A DNA stretch of 64,000 nt from an uncultured Spirochaetota bacterium (lineage in GTDB: Bacteria > Spirochaetota > Spirochaetia > SZUA-6 > Fen-1364), in contig CAWGAA010000003.1 of assembly GCA_963820525.1 (NCBI GenBank), positions 800,001 to 864,000 of the forward strand, read 5' to 3'. Each line of letters opens with the position of its first letter. Position 1 is the stretch's first letter. The translations under genes were made by a program, and so were the position numbers. The notes under the pieces were generated by a model, which had not been told where the DNA came from, did no database searches, and saw only the letters and a list, made by a program, of their open reading frames with translations. Shown here piece by piece: positions 52,788-62,585 of this stretch.

Positions 52788-53926
52788 GTGTAGTGCGTCT
52801 CACGCTTCTTTACATTTGGCGATTTTGGCGAGGATGCGCTCAACCGGGGCACTCCAGACGAAGGCTTGCGGGTTTTGATTGTGATTCTCAAGGTACTGCT
52901 TAATAGCCGCAATCAGAGTCTGGACGTTGGGGAAAGTCCCACGACGAATTCTTTTATCGGTTATCTCACGAAACCAGCGTTCGACCATATTCAACCACGA
53001 ACTAGACGTCGGGATGAAATGCAGATGGTAGCGGGGGTGGCGTTGAATCCATGCTTTCACCCGAGCATGTTTGTGAGTCCCGTAGTTGTCCACGATCAGG
53101 TGAAGCTCCAATTCTGGTGGTGTCTCGACATCGATTTTTTTCAGAAACCGGATGAACTCCTGATGCCGATGCCGTGGCATGCAATCACCGATGACCCGTC
53201 CATCCAGCATGCTCAGAGCGGCGAACAACGTTGTCGTGCCGTTGCGTTTATAGTCGTGCGACTGACGAGCTGGAACACCCGGCCGCATGGGCAACAGCGG
53301 CTGGGTTCGGTCGAGCGCTTGAATCTGGCTCTTTTCATCCACACATAATACAAGAGCCTTATCCGGTGGATTCAGATACAGTCCGACTACGTCCTTCAGC
53401 TTCTCCACGAAGTTTTTATCACGACTGAGTTTGAACGTTTCCACCAGATGGGGTTTGAGATTGTGTTGTTTCCAGATGCGGCGAATACTGGCTTCGGAGA
53501 GTTTCTGTGCTCTGGCCATGCTCCGCGTACTCCAATGGGTGGCGTTTGCGGGAGTACTGTGCAAGGTTGCCTCTACCACTTTCTTGATTTTTCCTGCTGA
53601 GATGCGGGGATTTCTTCCCGGCCGGGGCGCGTCCTTCAGCAAACCCTCCACGCGCAGGGCGAGAAATCGCTGACGCCAAAGCTGAACCGTGGGACGTGAC
53701 ACGTGCAAAGCCCTGGCGATGTCCTGACTGTCTTGGCCATCAGCCGCTCGTGTGATGATCTGTGCGCGAATCACCTGCCGGTGAGGGAGACTTCTACTGT
53801 GTTTCCACGTGTCCAGCGTCCCGCGCTCGGCTTCGCAGAGTATAATCGCTTGGGCTTTCCTGCTCATTTCAAGGGTAGTATACAAGGAAGCGAGACATAT
53901 GTCAATAGATTTGTGACGCACTACAC
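52788..53926 (-). mobile_element. IS630-family insertion sequence
   Basis: IRs GTGTAGTGCGTC / GACGCACTACAC with TA duplication. Confidence 0.93.
52800..53867 (-). CDS. IS630 transposase
   Basis: CVDEKSQIQAL, IVDNYGTHK and SWLNMVE DDE motifs. Confidence 0.95.
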   Translation of the reverse strand: MSRKAQAIILCEAERGTLDTWKHSRSLPHRQVIRAQIITRAADGQDSQDIARALHVSRPTVQLWRQRFLALRVEGLLKDAPRPGRNPRISAGKIKKVVEATLHSTPANATHWSTRSMARAQKLSEASIRRIWKQHNLKPHLVETFKLSRDKNFVEKLKDVVGLYLNPPDKALVLCVDEKSQIQALDRTQPLLPMRPGVPARQSHDYKRNGTTTLFAALSMLDGRVIGDCMPRHRHQEFIRFLKKIDVETPPELELHLIVDNYGTHKHARVKAWIQRHPRYHLHFIPTSSSWLNMVERWFREITDKRIRRGTFPNVQTLIAAIKQYLENHNQNPQAFVWSAPVERILAKIAKCKEA

Positions 53927-55604
53927 TAGATCCGGCGTGTGGAAGCGGCAGCTTTTTGATCAGCGCTTACGATTATCTGCTTGGCTGGCACCTTGACTTA
54001 TACTCAAGAGAAGAGAACGTTAAGAAGGCACTAAAAGGCGGACGCATTTATCAATTAAAAGGAGGAGGCTACCGTCTCACAATAGAAGAGAAGCAGCGCA
54101 TTCTCCTGAACAACATATTCGGTGTGGACATAGATCAGCAAGCTGTAGAAGTCACCCGACTCTCTCTCCTGATTAGGCTAATGGAGGGCGAGAACCGCCA
54201 GAGTTCAGGCGAGCTCTTCAAACACAGTGACTTCAAGCTACTTCCGAATTTGAACGAGAACATCAAGTGCGGTAACAGTCTGATAGGAACTGATTTCTAT
54301 GCGGCCCAAAAGCAGGATCTCTTCGCGATGGACGACATGCGTCGAATTAATGCGTTTGACTGGAAGACCGAATTCCCTGCCGTGATGGATCGCGGCGGCT
54401 TTGACTGCGTCATAGGCAATCCTCCATATACCTACCTCATTCAAGAGGCCGAGCAAAAGTACTTTGTAGCGAAGTACAGGTTCCAAGACTACCAGAAGGA
54501 CCTATACCTACTGTTTCTTGAACGGTATCAGTTCTTGCTCAAGGCTGGCGGTCTACTTGGAGTAATAGTTTCCAATACTTGGATGCCTTCGCTCACGTAT
54601 TCGAGCATTCGCAGCTACCTGGTAACCAACTACATCTGGAAGAGGGTACTCCATCTGCCGGAAAAGGTGTTCGAAGCCGTTGTCGATACTCACGTGCTCG
54701 TGTTTGAAAAGGGAACTCCTCCCAAGAACCGAAATGTAGAATTTGTCGTTGACGAAATGCGACGAGAGAAGATCTCGCGGCTTCACATCCTGAACATGTC
54801 CGATCTGCCGTTGGATGGGGAACCAATAAACATCCAATCGAGTCCAAGGGAGATGGCGCTTTTCAAGAGGATCGAGAGGTCCTGCTCGCCTCTGTCAGAT
54901 CATTTTTCCGTTTTCAACGGCGTTAAGCCGTTCGAGAAGGGCAAGGGAAAACCACCACAAACCGAAAAGATTTGCCAGGAGAAGCCCTTCGTAGTCGAAG
55001 GCAAGAGGCCGGACGCGACTTGGTCCCCGTTGCTTCGCGGTGGCCTAATTGGACGGTATGTCAATCTCTGGAACAAGGACTATTGGATTCTTTACGGGGA
55101 CTGGCTTGCCGCCCCACGTGATCCGAAGATCTTCGACGAGCCGGAGAAGATCGCAATAAGACAAACGGGAGATTCGCTAATCGCAACGTTGATTGGTCGA
55201 GGATATGTCATGAGAAACAACATGCATATAATTCTTCCGAAGACAGGAAAGCTTGATCTAAGATATCTCCTGGGGCTGCTAAATTCTCGGCTGTTCGACT
55301 TCATATACACAACCATGAATCCCGAGAAAGGTGAAGCACTGGCGGAGGTGAAAAAGCAGCACGTCGAAAGGCTACCCATCCACATAGTTAGGCAAGATAG
55401 CGCTTCCGAGGTGTCTTTGGCAGATAAGCTGATCGCTCTCGTTGACAATATCTTGCAGGCCCGAAAGGAAGCAATTATACACGCAAAGACCGAGCATGAC
55501 AAGAAACTTGTTGATTCTCGTGTTGCCGAAATGCAGAAGGAGATCGACGAGATTGTATTCGCACTCTATGGCATGAATCGAGACGACCTTGAAATCCTGG
55601 GCAT

Positions 55605-55718
55605 GCATAACAAATCGTTGCAGTAGTCGCCTTTAGAGCCGTCTGGATCGGAAGTTGCAGTTCGGAATACAAGATGAGGCGGGTTGATGTGGCGGCGCTA
55701 CTGAACTCTATGTTATGC
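55605..55718. repeat. Inner classical-type attC
   Basis: GCATAAC-AAATC-GTTGCAGTAG...CTACTGAAC-TCTAT-GTTATGC. Confidence 0.88.
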
Positions 55719-55780
55719 TTCTTTTTGCTAAATGATCATGCATGTTGCAAAGCGCGGCAATATGATGGTAGCCTCCTAAA

Positions 55781-56962
55781 GTGATTCGAAGTAAACAAAA
55801 CCAACGCCCTTGGTATATAAACCAAGCCTATTGGCATGATCTTGCTACGAGATATATTGTGTCTGTTCAAAAAGTGAAAATGGGATCGCCTTATGCGGCA
55901 GAAATTGACGCTTTTCGCGAATTCAACATTGCTAAAGTCATCTTCGAAAGCAATCTCATTGAAGGGGCTGGACGTCCACTTGGTGAGACAAGGAAATTGA
56001 TTCTAGAATACTTTCCTCGATTCCCTTCAACTTTCACAGAATTCTATGGAACTGATGAGCGCGTGGATCTTCCACGGCTTCTCCTCAAGAATGGGCCATT
56101 TGCACAGATAAATGAGGAATTGCGCTCCTTGGGGTACGATCCAGCGCGCTTCACCCCAAGCATCAGCATGGCTGGGAGTTCAAGATCTGTAAAAGAGGTT
56201 GTTCAGCATCATAGCGCAATTCTCTATGCAATGTTTCATTCAATAGATTATCTCATCCATAGGACAATGTATGATTGGGCTCAGAGTCTTAAGACCGACA
56301 AACTTGATAAAAAATTGCAAAAAGAACTGGAAGAAGCAATCCTTAAGGAATACCCCCACGCAAGCACTCTAGAAGATATTCAAAGCCCAAAATTATTCGC
56401 CGAAAAAACAGTCAGCGAGTTGCATAAAACAATTGCTGAAGGAATTCTTCCAAACGATGCTAAGGTGGAAGCTGGAGAGTATAGAATTGATAACAGAATC
56501 GTCGGCTGGGACATAGTTTTCCCTTCACCAGAACTAATCTCCTTGATGATGCCGAAATTTGTGGATCGCGCAAATGACATTGTTCAGGGCATCCCTGTGA
56601 GAAAGCTGAACTTATTCGAGGCTGCAGCACGCATTTCGCATGATTTTGTTACAATTCATCCTTTTCCAGATTTCAATGGCAGGATCTCCAGAATTCTGAT
56701 GAACATGGTTTTACTCGCACATAATTGTCCATTTCCAGTAGCTCTTAAAGGCGGAAGCAAAGCCAAAGGCAAGTACTTTACCTCATTGAAGCGTGCGAAT
56801 AATGGCAATTTCATAGCACTATCCTCGCTTATCGCAATGCGGGTTACGGAGACATTCGAAGAACTCGACACGCATCTTAAGCGTGCTGGCCTTAGGAGCC
56901 TACTCACTTTGTCAAACCGGACACAGCGGAGCAACATTAGAAAATCAAACCCGAGAGATTAG
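55781..56962 (+). CDS. Fic family protein
   Basis: HPFPDFNGRISR Fic motif; SNLIEG inhibitory motif. Confidence 0.88.
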   Translation: MIRSKQNQRPWYINQAYWHDLATRYIVSVQKVKMGSPYAAEIDAFREFNIAKVIFESNLIEGAGRPLGETRKLILEYFPRFPSTFTEFYGTDERVDLPRLLLKNGPFAQINEELRSLGYDPARFTPSISMAGSSRSVKEVVQHHSAILYAMFHSIDYLIHRTMYDWAQSLKTDKLDKKLQKELEEAILKEYPHASTLEDIQSPKLFAEKTVSELHKTIAEGILPNDAKVEAGEYRIDNRIVGWDIVFPSPELISLMMPKFVDRANDIVQGIPVRKLNLFEAAARISHDFVTIHPFPDFNGRISRILMNMVLLAHNCPFPVALKGGSKAKGKYFTSLKRANNGNFIALSSLIAMRVTETFEELDTHLKRAGLRSLLTLSNRTQRSNIRKSNPRD

Positions 56963-56976
56963 GCAGAAGTACAGAA

Positions 56977-57088
56977 TCATAACAAGTTATGGGAGCTGTC
57001 TCCTTGAGTTCCGGTTGTTTTTATTTTGCATTGTTTGCTGTGTTTATAGAGGTCTGATTCGGCGGCGCAGCTCCACTCTATCATATGT
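56977..57088. repeat. Inner attC, right R box degenerate
   Basis: TCATAAC...TGGGAGCTG/CAGCTCCA-CTCTAT-CATATGT. Confidence 0.65.
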
Positions 57089-57135
57089 TGAAGAGATCTG
57101 GATAGAAATACATTATTATAATCTGGCGCAACGGC

Positions 57136-57205
57136 CTATAACCGCCCGTAATGTGCTTCGGTGCCCGCAAGAGCACCGAAGCACATTACGGGCAGCACGT
57201 TATAC
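57136..57205. repeat. Outer attC-like site (minimal unbranched subtype)
   Basis: CTATAAC...GCCCGTAATGTGCTTCGGTGC/GCACCGAAGCACATTACGGGC...GTTATAC. Confidence 0.85.
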
Positions 57206-57283
57206 GACATTTTTTGTTGCAAGGTTCTTTTCCATGTTTATACTGTTTAGTAATCGCCCTGCATTTATCGGAGGTTAATCTTT

Positions 57284-58036
57284 ATGGACCAACTAGTTTA
57301 TGATTATTTCACACCTGAAGTCATATCCAAGCTCAAAACCTATGTTTATAGGTTGATTGATCCTCGAAATGGTGAAACTTTCTACATTGGCAAAGGAAAA
57401 GGAAACCGTATCTTCTCTCATATTAGTGCAGAAAAGAAGATAGAAGGAGACGATTATAGCAATAAAATCAAGCGTATACGTGAAATACGTTTAGCTGGAT
57501 TTGAAGTGGCTCATGTTATTCATAGGCATGGAATGGATGATTCTACCGCTTTTGAAGTTGAATCAGCTCTTATTGATGCATATCCCGGGCTTACAAACAT
57601 TGTAGACGGCAGTGGCGGGAATGAATTTGGAGCAATGCATGCTAAAGAAATAATCAAGCGCTATTCTGCAGAACCAGCAATTTTCAAACATAAAGCATTA
57701 CTTATAACTATCAATAGAACCGCAACCGAACAGTCAATATATAACGCAACTCGATTTGCCTGGAAAATAAGCAAATCAAAGGTTAAGGATGTGGAAATAG
57801 TGTTATCAACTGTTCAGGGTTTATTTGTGGGAGCCTTTATCCCATTAAAATGGCTTGATGCCACTGCGGAAAACTTTCCTGATCGCGCACAAGGTGAGGA
57901 CCGACCTGGTAGAATTGGATTTATAGGCAAGGAAGCTCCAGATGATATAAAACGTATGTATGTGGGTAAACGTATACCAGATGGATTTAGACCGCGGGGA
58001 GCCGCCAATCCCATAATGTATACATGGTCCCGATAA
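57284..58036 (+). CDS. GIY-YIG (LEM-3-like) nuclease domain protein
   Basis: YVYRLIDPRNGETFYIGKGKGNR, ESALID, LTN; own TTGCAA-16-TATACT promoter-like motif. Confidence 0.85.
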   Translation: MDQLVYDYFTPEVISKLKTYVYRLIDPRNGETFYIGKGKGNRIFSHISAEKKIEGDDYSNKIKRIREIRLAGFEVAHVIHRHGMDDSTAFEVESALIDAYPGLTNIVDGSGGNEFGAMHAKEIIKRYSAEPAIFKHKALLITINRTATEQSIYNATRFAWKISKSKVKDVEIVLSTVQGLFVGAFIPLKWLDATAENFPDRAQGEDRPGRIGFIGKEAPDDIKRMYVGKRIPDGFRPRGAANPIMYTWSR

Positions 58037-58088
58037 TTTGCTAATCATACTACCGGAAGTCGGCTCATGACGGGTAACAAAAAACGCC

Positions 58089-58222
58089 GTATAACAGCGC
58101 GTAATGTGCATCGCCGCCCTACGGGCGGCTCGGGCTCCGCGGCGCTGCAGCGCGCCGCTCCGCCACATGGCCCTCGCCCTTGTTGGGCTCGGGCCACGTC
58201 ACATACGCGCGGCTCGTTGAAC
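58089..58222. repeat. Outer attC-like site
   Basis: GTATAAC...GCGCGTAATGTG/CACATACGCGC...GTTGAAC. Confidence 0.85.
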
Positions 58223-58298
58223 AAAATCGCTCCGCGATGGTTTTCATCGAGCCCTAGTCTCCATTCGCCGCCCTGAAAGCAAGACAGATGTTTCCCGC

Positions 58299-59501
58299 TT
58301 GTTATACAGCATGAGCTGTATTGAAGCGGCAACGGTTTTTCCAAGACCCAAATTCGAAGTCGCCGATGTTTTCAGACAAAGCACTCAGTTGCTAAAAGGC
58401 ATCAGTTATGATCAGTGGAAAGTCGTAAACGCAATCATAAACTGCCGCGGTCCGAAATTGGGCGGCCATAAACTTGTTTGCCATGAATGCGGGTATGAAC
58501 AAATATCCTATAATTCATGCAGGAACCGGCATTGCCCCAAATGCCAGGCGAGCAAGCAGGCGCAATGGGTTTACGAGCGGACACAAGAGCTTCTACCCAT
58601 AAAATATTTCCATATCGTCTTCACCGTCCCGGCGGTATTGAATTCCCTTATTCTCCAGAATAAAAGAGTGCTCTACGACATTCTCTTTCACGCCGCAAAC
58701 GAGACTCTTCAAGAAGCCGCGGGAAACCCGAAGAATCTCGGCGCTAAGATCGGGTTTATCGCCATTCTCCACACCTGGAGCCAAAACCTACTTGACCATC
58801 CACATCTGCACTGCATTGTTACCGGAGGGGGATTGAGCCGGGATAAATCCGCATGGATTGAAAGCAGGAACAACTTCTTTATCTCGATACACATTCTCAA
58901 TCGACTGTTCAGAGGTAAATACCTGCATTATTTGAAACAGGCATATGCAGCAAAAGAGTTGAGTTTCTTTGGTAAGTTACGCAAGACAGCAGAGACAGCC
59001 GGGTTTGCAAAGGTGTTGGATGAATGTTATGCGAAAAAATGGATCGTCTACGCCAAAAAGCCGTTTTCCAATCCGTTACGTGTACTGAAATATATAGGGC
59101 GCTATACGCATCGGGTAGCGATCAGCAACAAACGGATTTTGAATTTCACCGGCGGAAACGTGAGCTTTATCTGGAAGGACTACAGGGATAGAAACCGAAA
59201 AAAGGTAATGACACTTGCCGCCTCCGAGTTCATGAGAAGATTTCTCCTGCATGTGCTGCCGGAAGGATTCAAGCGTATACGATTTTACGGCCTCTTGAGC
59301 AACGGGCACAAAAATGAAAATCTGAAATACATCCGTCGTTTGTTATGCATCGATCTAGAATCCCAACAACAATCGTTTGAATCTTTCTCGGAAGCACCTG
59401 AGATCATTGAAAAACGATGCCCGCGCTGCAATAGTGCTAATATACAAATCATTGAACTTCCACCGGAAGAGGCATCTGAAAGTTATTGGAACAGCGCGTA
59501 A
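58299..59501 (+). CDS. IS91-family (Y2/HUH) transposase, cassette copy 4
   Basis: Protein identical to copies 2 and 3 in the ORF track. Confidence 0.92.
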   Translation: MLYSMSCIEAATVFPRPKFEVADVFRQSTQLLKGISYDQWKVVNAIINCRGPKLGGHKLVCHECGYEQISYNSCRNRHCPKCQASKQAQWVYERTQELLPIKYFHIVFTVPAVLNSLILQNKRVLYDILFHAANETLQEAAGNPKNLGAKIGFIAILHTWSQNLLDHPHLHCIVTGGGLSRDKSAWIESRNNFFISIHILNRLFRGKYLHYLKQAYAAKELSFFGKLRKTAETAGFAKVLDECYAKKWIVYAKKPFSNPLRVLKYIGRYTHRVAISNKRILNFTGGNVSFIWKDYRDRNRKKVMTLAASEFMRRFLLHVLPEGFKRIRFYGLLSNGHKNENLKYIRRLLCIDLESQQQSFESFSEAPEIIEKRCPRCNSANIQIIELPPEEASESYWNSA

Positions 59502-59531
59502 TAAAACCCATAGCGCGGGCGGAGCGACTTC

Positions 59532-59727
59532 GTTCAACATAGGGTTTACGCTCCGCTCCCTTTGGTCGCTCCGGGCTCCACCACATGCCCCTCTGGCACA
59601 GGGGTTGCAGGTCAAATCTTCTTACGGTCCTCAAAGATGTGTGGTACACTCCTGTCTATGCTTTGCGGGGGCAACCCCTGTGCCAGCCCTTCGGGACGGG
59701 GCATGTCGTAAACCCTTTACGTTATGG
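59532..59727. repeat. Outer attC-like site (transposase subtype)
   Basis: GTTCAAC...GTTATGG. Confidence 0.85.
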
Positions 59728-59731
59728 GACA

Positions 59732-59772
59732 TTGCGTCTTTGAGCATGTACAGTATAATCGTAATGTTAGGC
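59732..59772 (+). promoter_or_regulatory. Carrier head: promoter plus inner attI-like site
   Basis: TTGCGT-16-TATAAT-CGTAAT-GTTAGGC. Confidence 0.7.
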
Positions 59773-59813
59773 CCTGACCGAATTTATTCACACCCGTAAG
59801 GAGATTTCTCACA

Positions 59814-60560
59814 ATGGACATCCCACGTATATTCAACATCACTGAAAGTGCTCACCGCATCCACAACCCGATCACACCCGAAAAGCTTGCCACTCTCGGC
59901 GCTGCGCTGCGTCTGGAATCGGGGGCCCGAGTGCTCGACCTCGGCAGCGGTTCGGGGGAGATGCTATGCACCTGGGCACGCGATCACGGCGTCATCGGCA
60001 CCGGCATCGACATGAGCCAGTTGTTCACCGAGCAAGCGAGACTCCGTGCTGAAGAACTCGGCGTCGCCGATCAAGTCAAGTTCATCCATGGCGATGCTGC
60101 CGGCTATGTCTCTGACGAGAAGGCCAGTGTGGCAGCCTGTGTCGGTGCCACTTGGATCGCCGGTGGAGTCGTCGGCACTATCGAGCTTCTGGCGCGGAGC
60201 CTGCGCACCGGAGGGATCATCCTCATCGGCGAGCCCTACTGGCGGCAAACACCGCCGACGGAAGATGTTGCCAAGGGGTGTCTTGCCAACTCAATCTCCG
60301 ACTTTCTCATGCTTCCAGAACTTCTCGCGTCTTTCGGCCACCTTGGCTACGACGTCGTTGAAATGGTTCTGGCTGACCAAGACGGCTGGGACAGATACGA
60401 GGCGGCCAAATGGCTCACCATGCGCCGATGGCTTGAAGCCAATTCCGGCGACGAGTTCGCGAAAGATGTTCGAGCCAAACTGACCTCGGAACCCGAGCGC
60501 TACGCCGCTTACACGCGTGAATACCTGGGCTGGGGTGTGTTCGCGCTGATGCTGCGCTGA
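59814..60560 (+). CDS. Class I SAM-dependent methyltransferase (YjhP-like)
   Basis: VLDLGSGSGE motif I; MDIPRIF N-terminus and YLGWGVF C-terminus. Confidence 0.88.
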   Translation: MDIPRIFNITESAHRIHNPITPEKLATLGAALRLESGARVLDLGSGSGEMLCTWARDHGVIGTGIDMSQLFTEQARLRAEELGVADQVKFIHGDAAGYVSDEKASVAACVGATWIAGGVVGTIELLARSLRTGGIILIGEPYWRQTPPTEDVAKGCLANSISDFLMLPELLASFGHLGYDVVEMVLADQDGWDRYEAAKWLTMRRWLEANSGDEFAKDVRAKLTSEPERYAAYTREYLGWGVFALMLR

Positions 60561-60698
60561 TGCGTTGGCGCATCCGGCGGATCGTCAACGGCTGTGCCGC
60601 GCAACAGCTGGTGGCTCGCCGAGATGTGATTGCGCCTGAATTCATTTCTTATGGTCTAGTCATCCGTGCAATCAACAGAAAGCTCTGTCTCAAGCAGG

Positions 60699-60817
60699 GC
60701 CTAACGAATCGTTGCAGCTCTCCGCCGGAGCGCTGCTCGTGCAGTGTGGGCTTCAGCCGGGTAATGCGGTCAGAACGTGGTTTCATGTCGGGGCGTGAGC
60801 TGAACTCTATGTTACCT
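60699..60817. repeat. Inner classical-type attC
   Basis: GCCTAAC-GAATC-GTTGCAGCTC...GAGCTGAAC-TCTAT-GTTACCT. Confidence 0.85.
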
Positions 60818-60868
60818 AGCGATACTCATGCTAATGGGGTGACATTCAAAGACGCAGCGTCCCATAAC

Positions 60869-62585
60869 GAGTCTGTAGGAAAATATAGCCCAAAAGACAA
60901 CAGTTCTCCTTCAAACTCGATTCAAAAACGATTTATGAATGATCAGAAACCAAAAACCACTCTATCGATATAGATCATCGGACAATCGGTGTCCATTTTC
61001 TTTTCCATCATGCATTCACTCCAGACATCGCCTTTGAAATCTTTCCTATATTATGAACCATGCAATATAATAGCCATTGAATATTCACTTTCGCTTTCGT
61101 TCTCAGAGTGAATCTGTTCAGTCTCTTATGGAATGTGATATTCGCAAACACTGGTTCGATGATTGCCATCCGTCTTGAATATAAATCCCTGACCTCCGGC
61201 CGGTCGATCTTCTGGATCATTTGTGCCGAATAATTGGTGGAATTATCCTTGTCATCTATAAAGAGTGTCCGCTTGCCGCTGCTATTCTTTTTGCGATGAA
61301 AGCATTTATTTGTAAACCGACACCCCTTACAGTCGGACGCTTTGGATTGATAACGATGCCCCGAAGATCCATGAAGTATTGCATGTCCTATATGTTTCAG
61401 TGTTTTCCCGTTGGGACATGTATACGTGTTTGTTTTCTCATCATATGTGAAATTTTGAAATCCAAACTTATACTCGATACCCGAATGATCTTTCCTGTCC
61501 ACGAAGCGCTCGTCTCGTTTTCGAAAGTTGTAGTCCGGGATGATCGCCTCGATTTTCTTATCCGCGGCTGTTTTTAGGTTTTCTTCACAGAAGTAATTCG
61601 TGTCCGCAAGTACGGTCTTTCCTGAAAGAGGTTCTTCCTTGTCGGTGATGGCTTTCAGATTCTCTTCCGCCATTTCAAGAACGGGCTTGAATGTCCCATG
61701 TTCTTGCCCTTTCCCATAGGCTTCGGTGGCTATAATGACCTGGTTTTGTTCATCCGCGAGGGCGATCCCGTTATACCCCTGGATCATTCCGTGAGAAGTC
61801 TTGATCTTTGCGCTATCGTTATCCGTGATATTCGACTGTATTTCCTTGCCACGGTTGCCCTGTTTCGGCGTTTCTGTTTTAAGGAAGTCCTCGATGCGCT
61901 TGATCTTTGAGTCGATCCTATCAATGGCTTTCTTCTTTGGCGAAACTTCGGATCCTGATGCGGTTTCAGCTCTGTCGGTTACAGTATGCTTTTGAATGAG
62001 CAGTTTTACCGTTCTTTCAAGTTTTTCTTTTCTCCTTTTGAGATCCCTGAAGGTGCCGCTCGATTCTTTGGACGCGTTGGACGGCAGCTTGCATCCGTCA
62101 ATCGCAAACAGCTTTCCGCCGATGAGCTCCATTTCCTGGCACACCATGAGGATTTTCAGAAATATGCCGGCGATTTCATCCTTCATCGATGAGATGAAAT
62201 CCGCTATGACCGTGAAATGCGGGATGGAGTTTGCCGAAAGCGCTTTGGCTATGATATTCGTCTCGCAAAGCTCCATGATCCGTCGTGATGAAAATATGCC
62301 TCTGGAGTAGGCGAAAAGAATGATTTTCAGTAAAACCCGAGGATCATATGCAGGAGCACCGGTAAGATCGTTCTTATACTTTGAATCGAGCGCTGATAAA
62401 TCTATTTTCTCGTTGATCAGGTGATTGAGCGTGTATTCGAAGGTATCCATAAGCAGTTGCTCGCTGAACTGGACGACAATAAACTCGCCTTGATCCTGAT
62501 TATGATCCTTATACCGCGCCATGAAGCTATTGTGCGCTGGATATCAAATAGCGTAAAGTAGGCGCGTGGCTTTTCCTACAGAATC
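60869..62585 (-). mobile_element. IS1182-family insertion sequence inside an outer att site
   Basis: IRs GAGTCTGTAGGAAAA / TTTTCCTACAGAATC; AAC duplicated on both flanks. Confidence 0.88.
61008..62522 (-). CDS. IS1182 transposase
   Basis: GAPAYDPRVLLK, SSRRI, AIDGCK, LADTNY and IEPVFANI motifs. Confidence 0.92.
   Translation of the reverse strand: MARYKDHNQDQGEFIVVQFSEQLLMDTFEYTLNHLINEKIDLSALDSKYKNDLTGAPAYDPRVLLKIILFAYSRGIFSSRRIMELCETNIIAKALSANSIPHFTVIADFISSMKDEIAGIFLKILMVCQEMELIGGKLFAIDGCKLPSNASKESSGTFRDLKRRKEKLERTVKLLIQKHTVTDRAETASGSEVSPKKKAIDRIDSKIKRIEDFLKTETPKQGNRGKEIQSNITDNDSAKIKTSHGMIQGYNGIALADEQNQVIIATEAYGKGQEHGTFKPVLEMAEENLKAITDKEEPLSGKTVLADTNYFCEENLKTAADKKIEAIIPDYNFRKRDERFVDRKDHSGIEYKFGFQNFTYDEKTNTYTCPNGKTLKHIGHAILHGSSGHRYQSKASDCKGCRFTNKCFHRKKNSSGKRTLFIDDKDNSTNYSAQMIQKIDRPEVRDLYSRRMAIIEPVFANITFHKRLNRFTLRTKAKVNIQWLLYCMVHNIGKISKAMSGVNA

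Larger units (their letters stand above)
51582..55626 (+). pseudogene. Type IIG restriction-modification enzyme interrupted by IS630
   Basis: PDY..VEAK nuclease, GVFYTP, rejoined VLDPACGSGSFL, GNPPY and C-terminal TRD. Confidence 0.88.
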
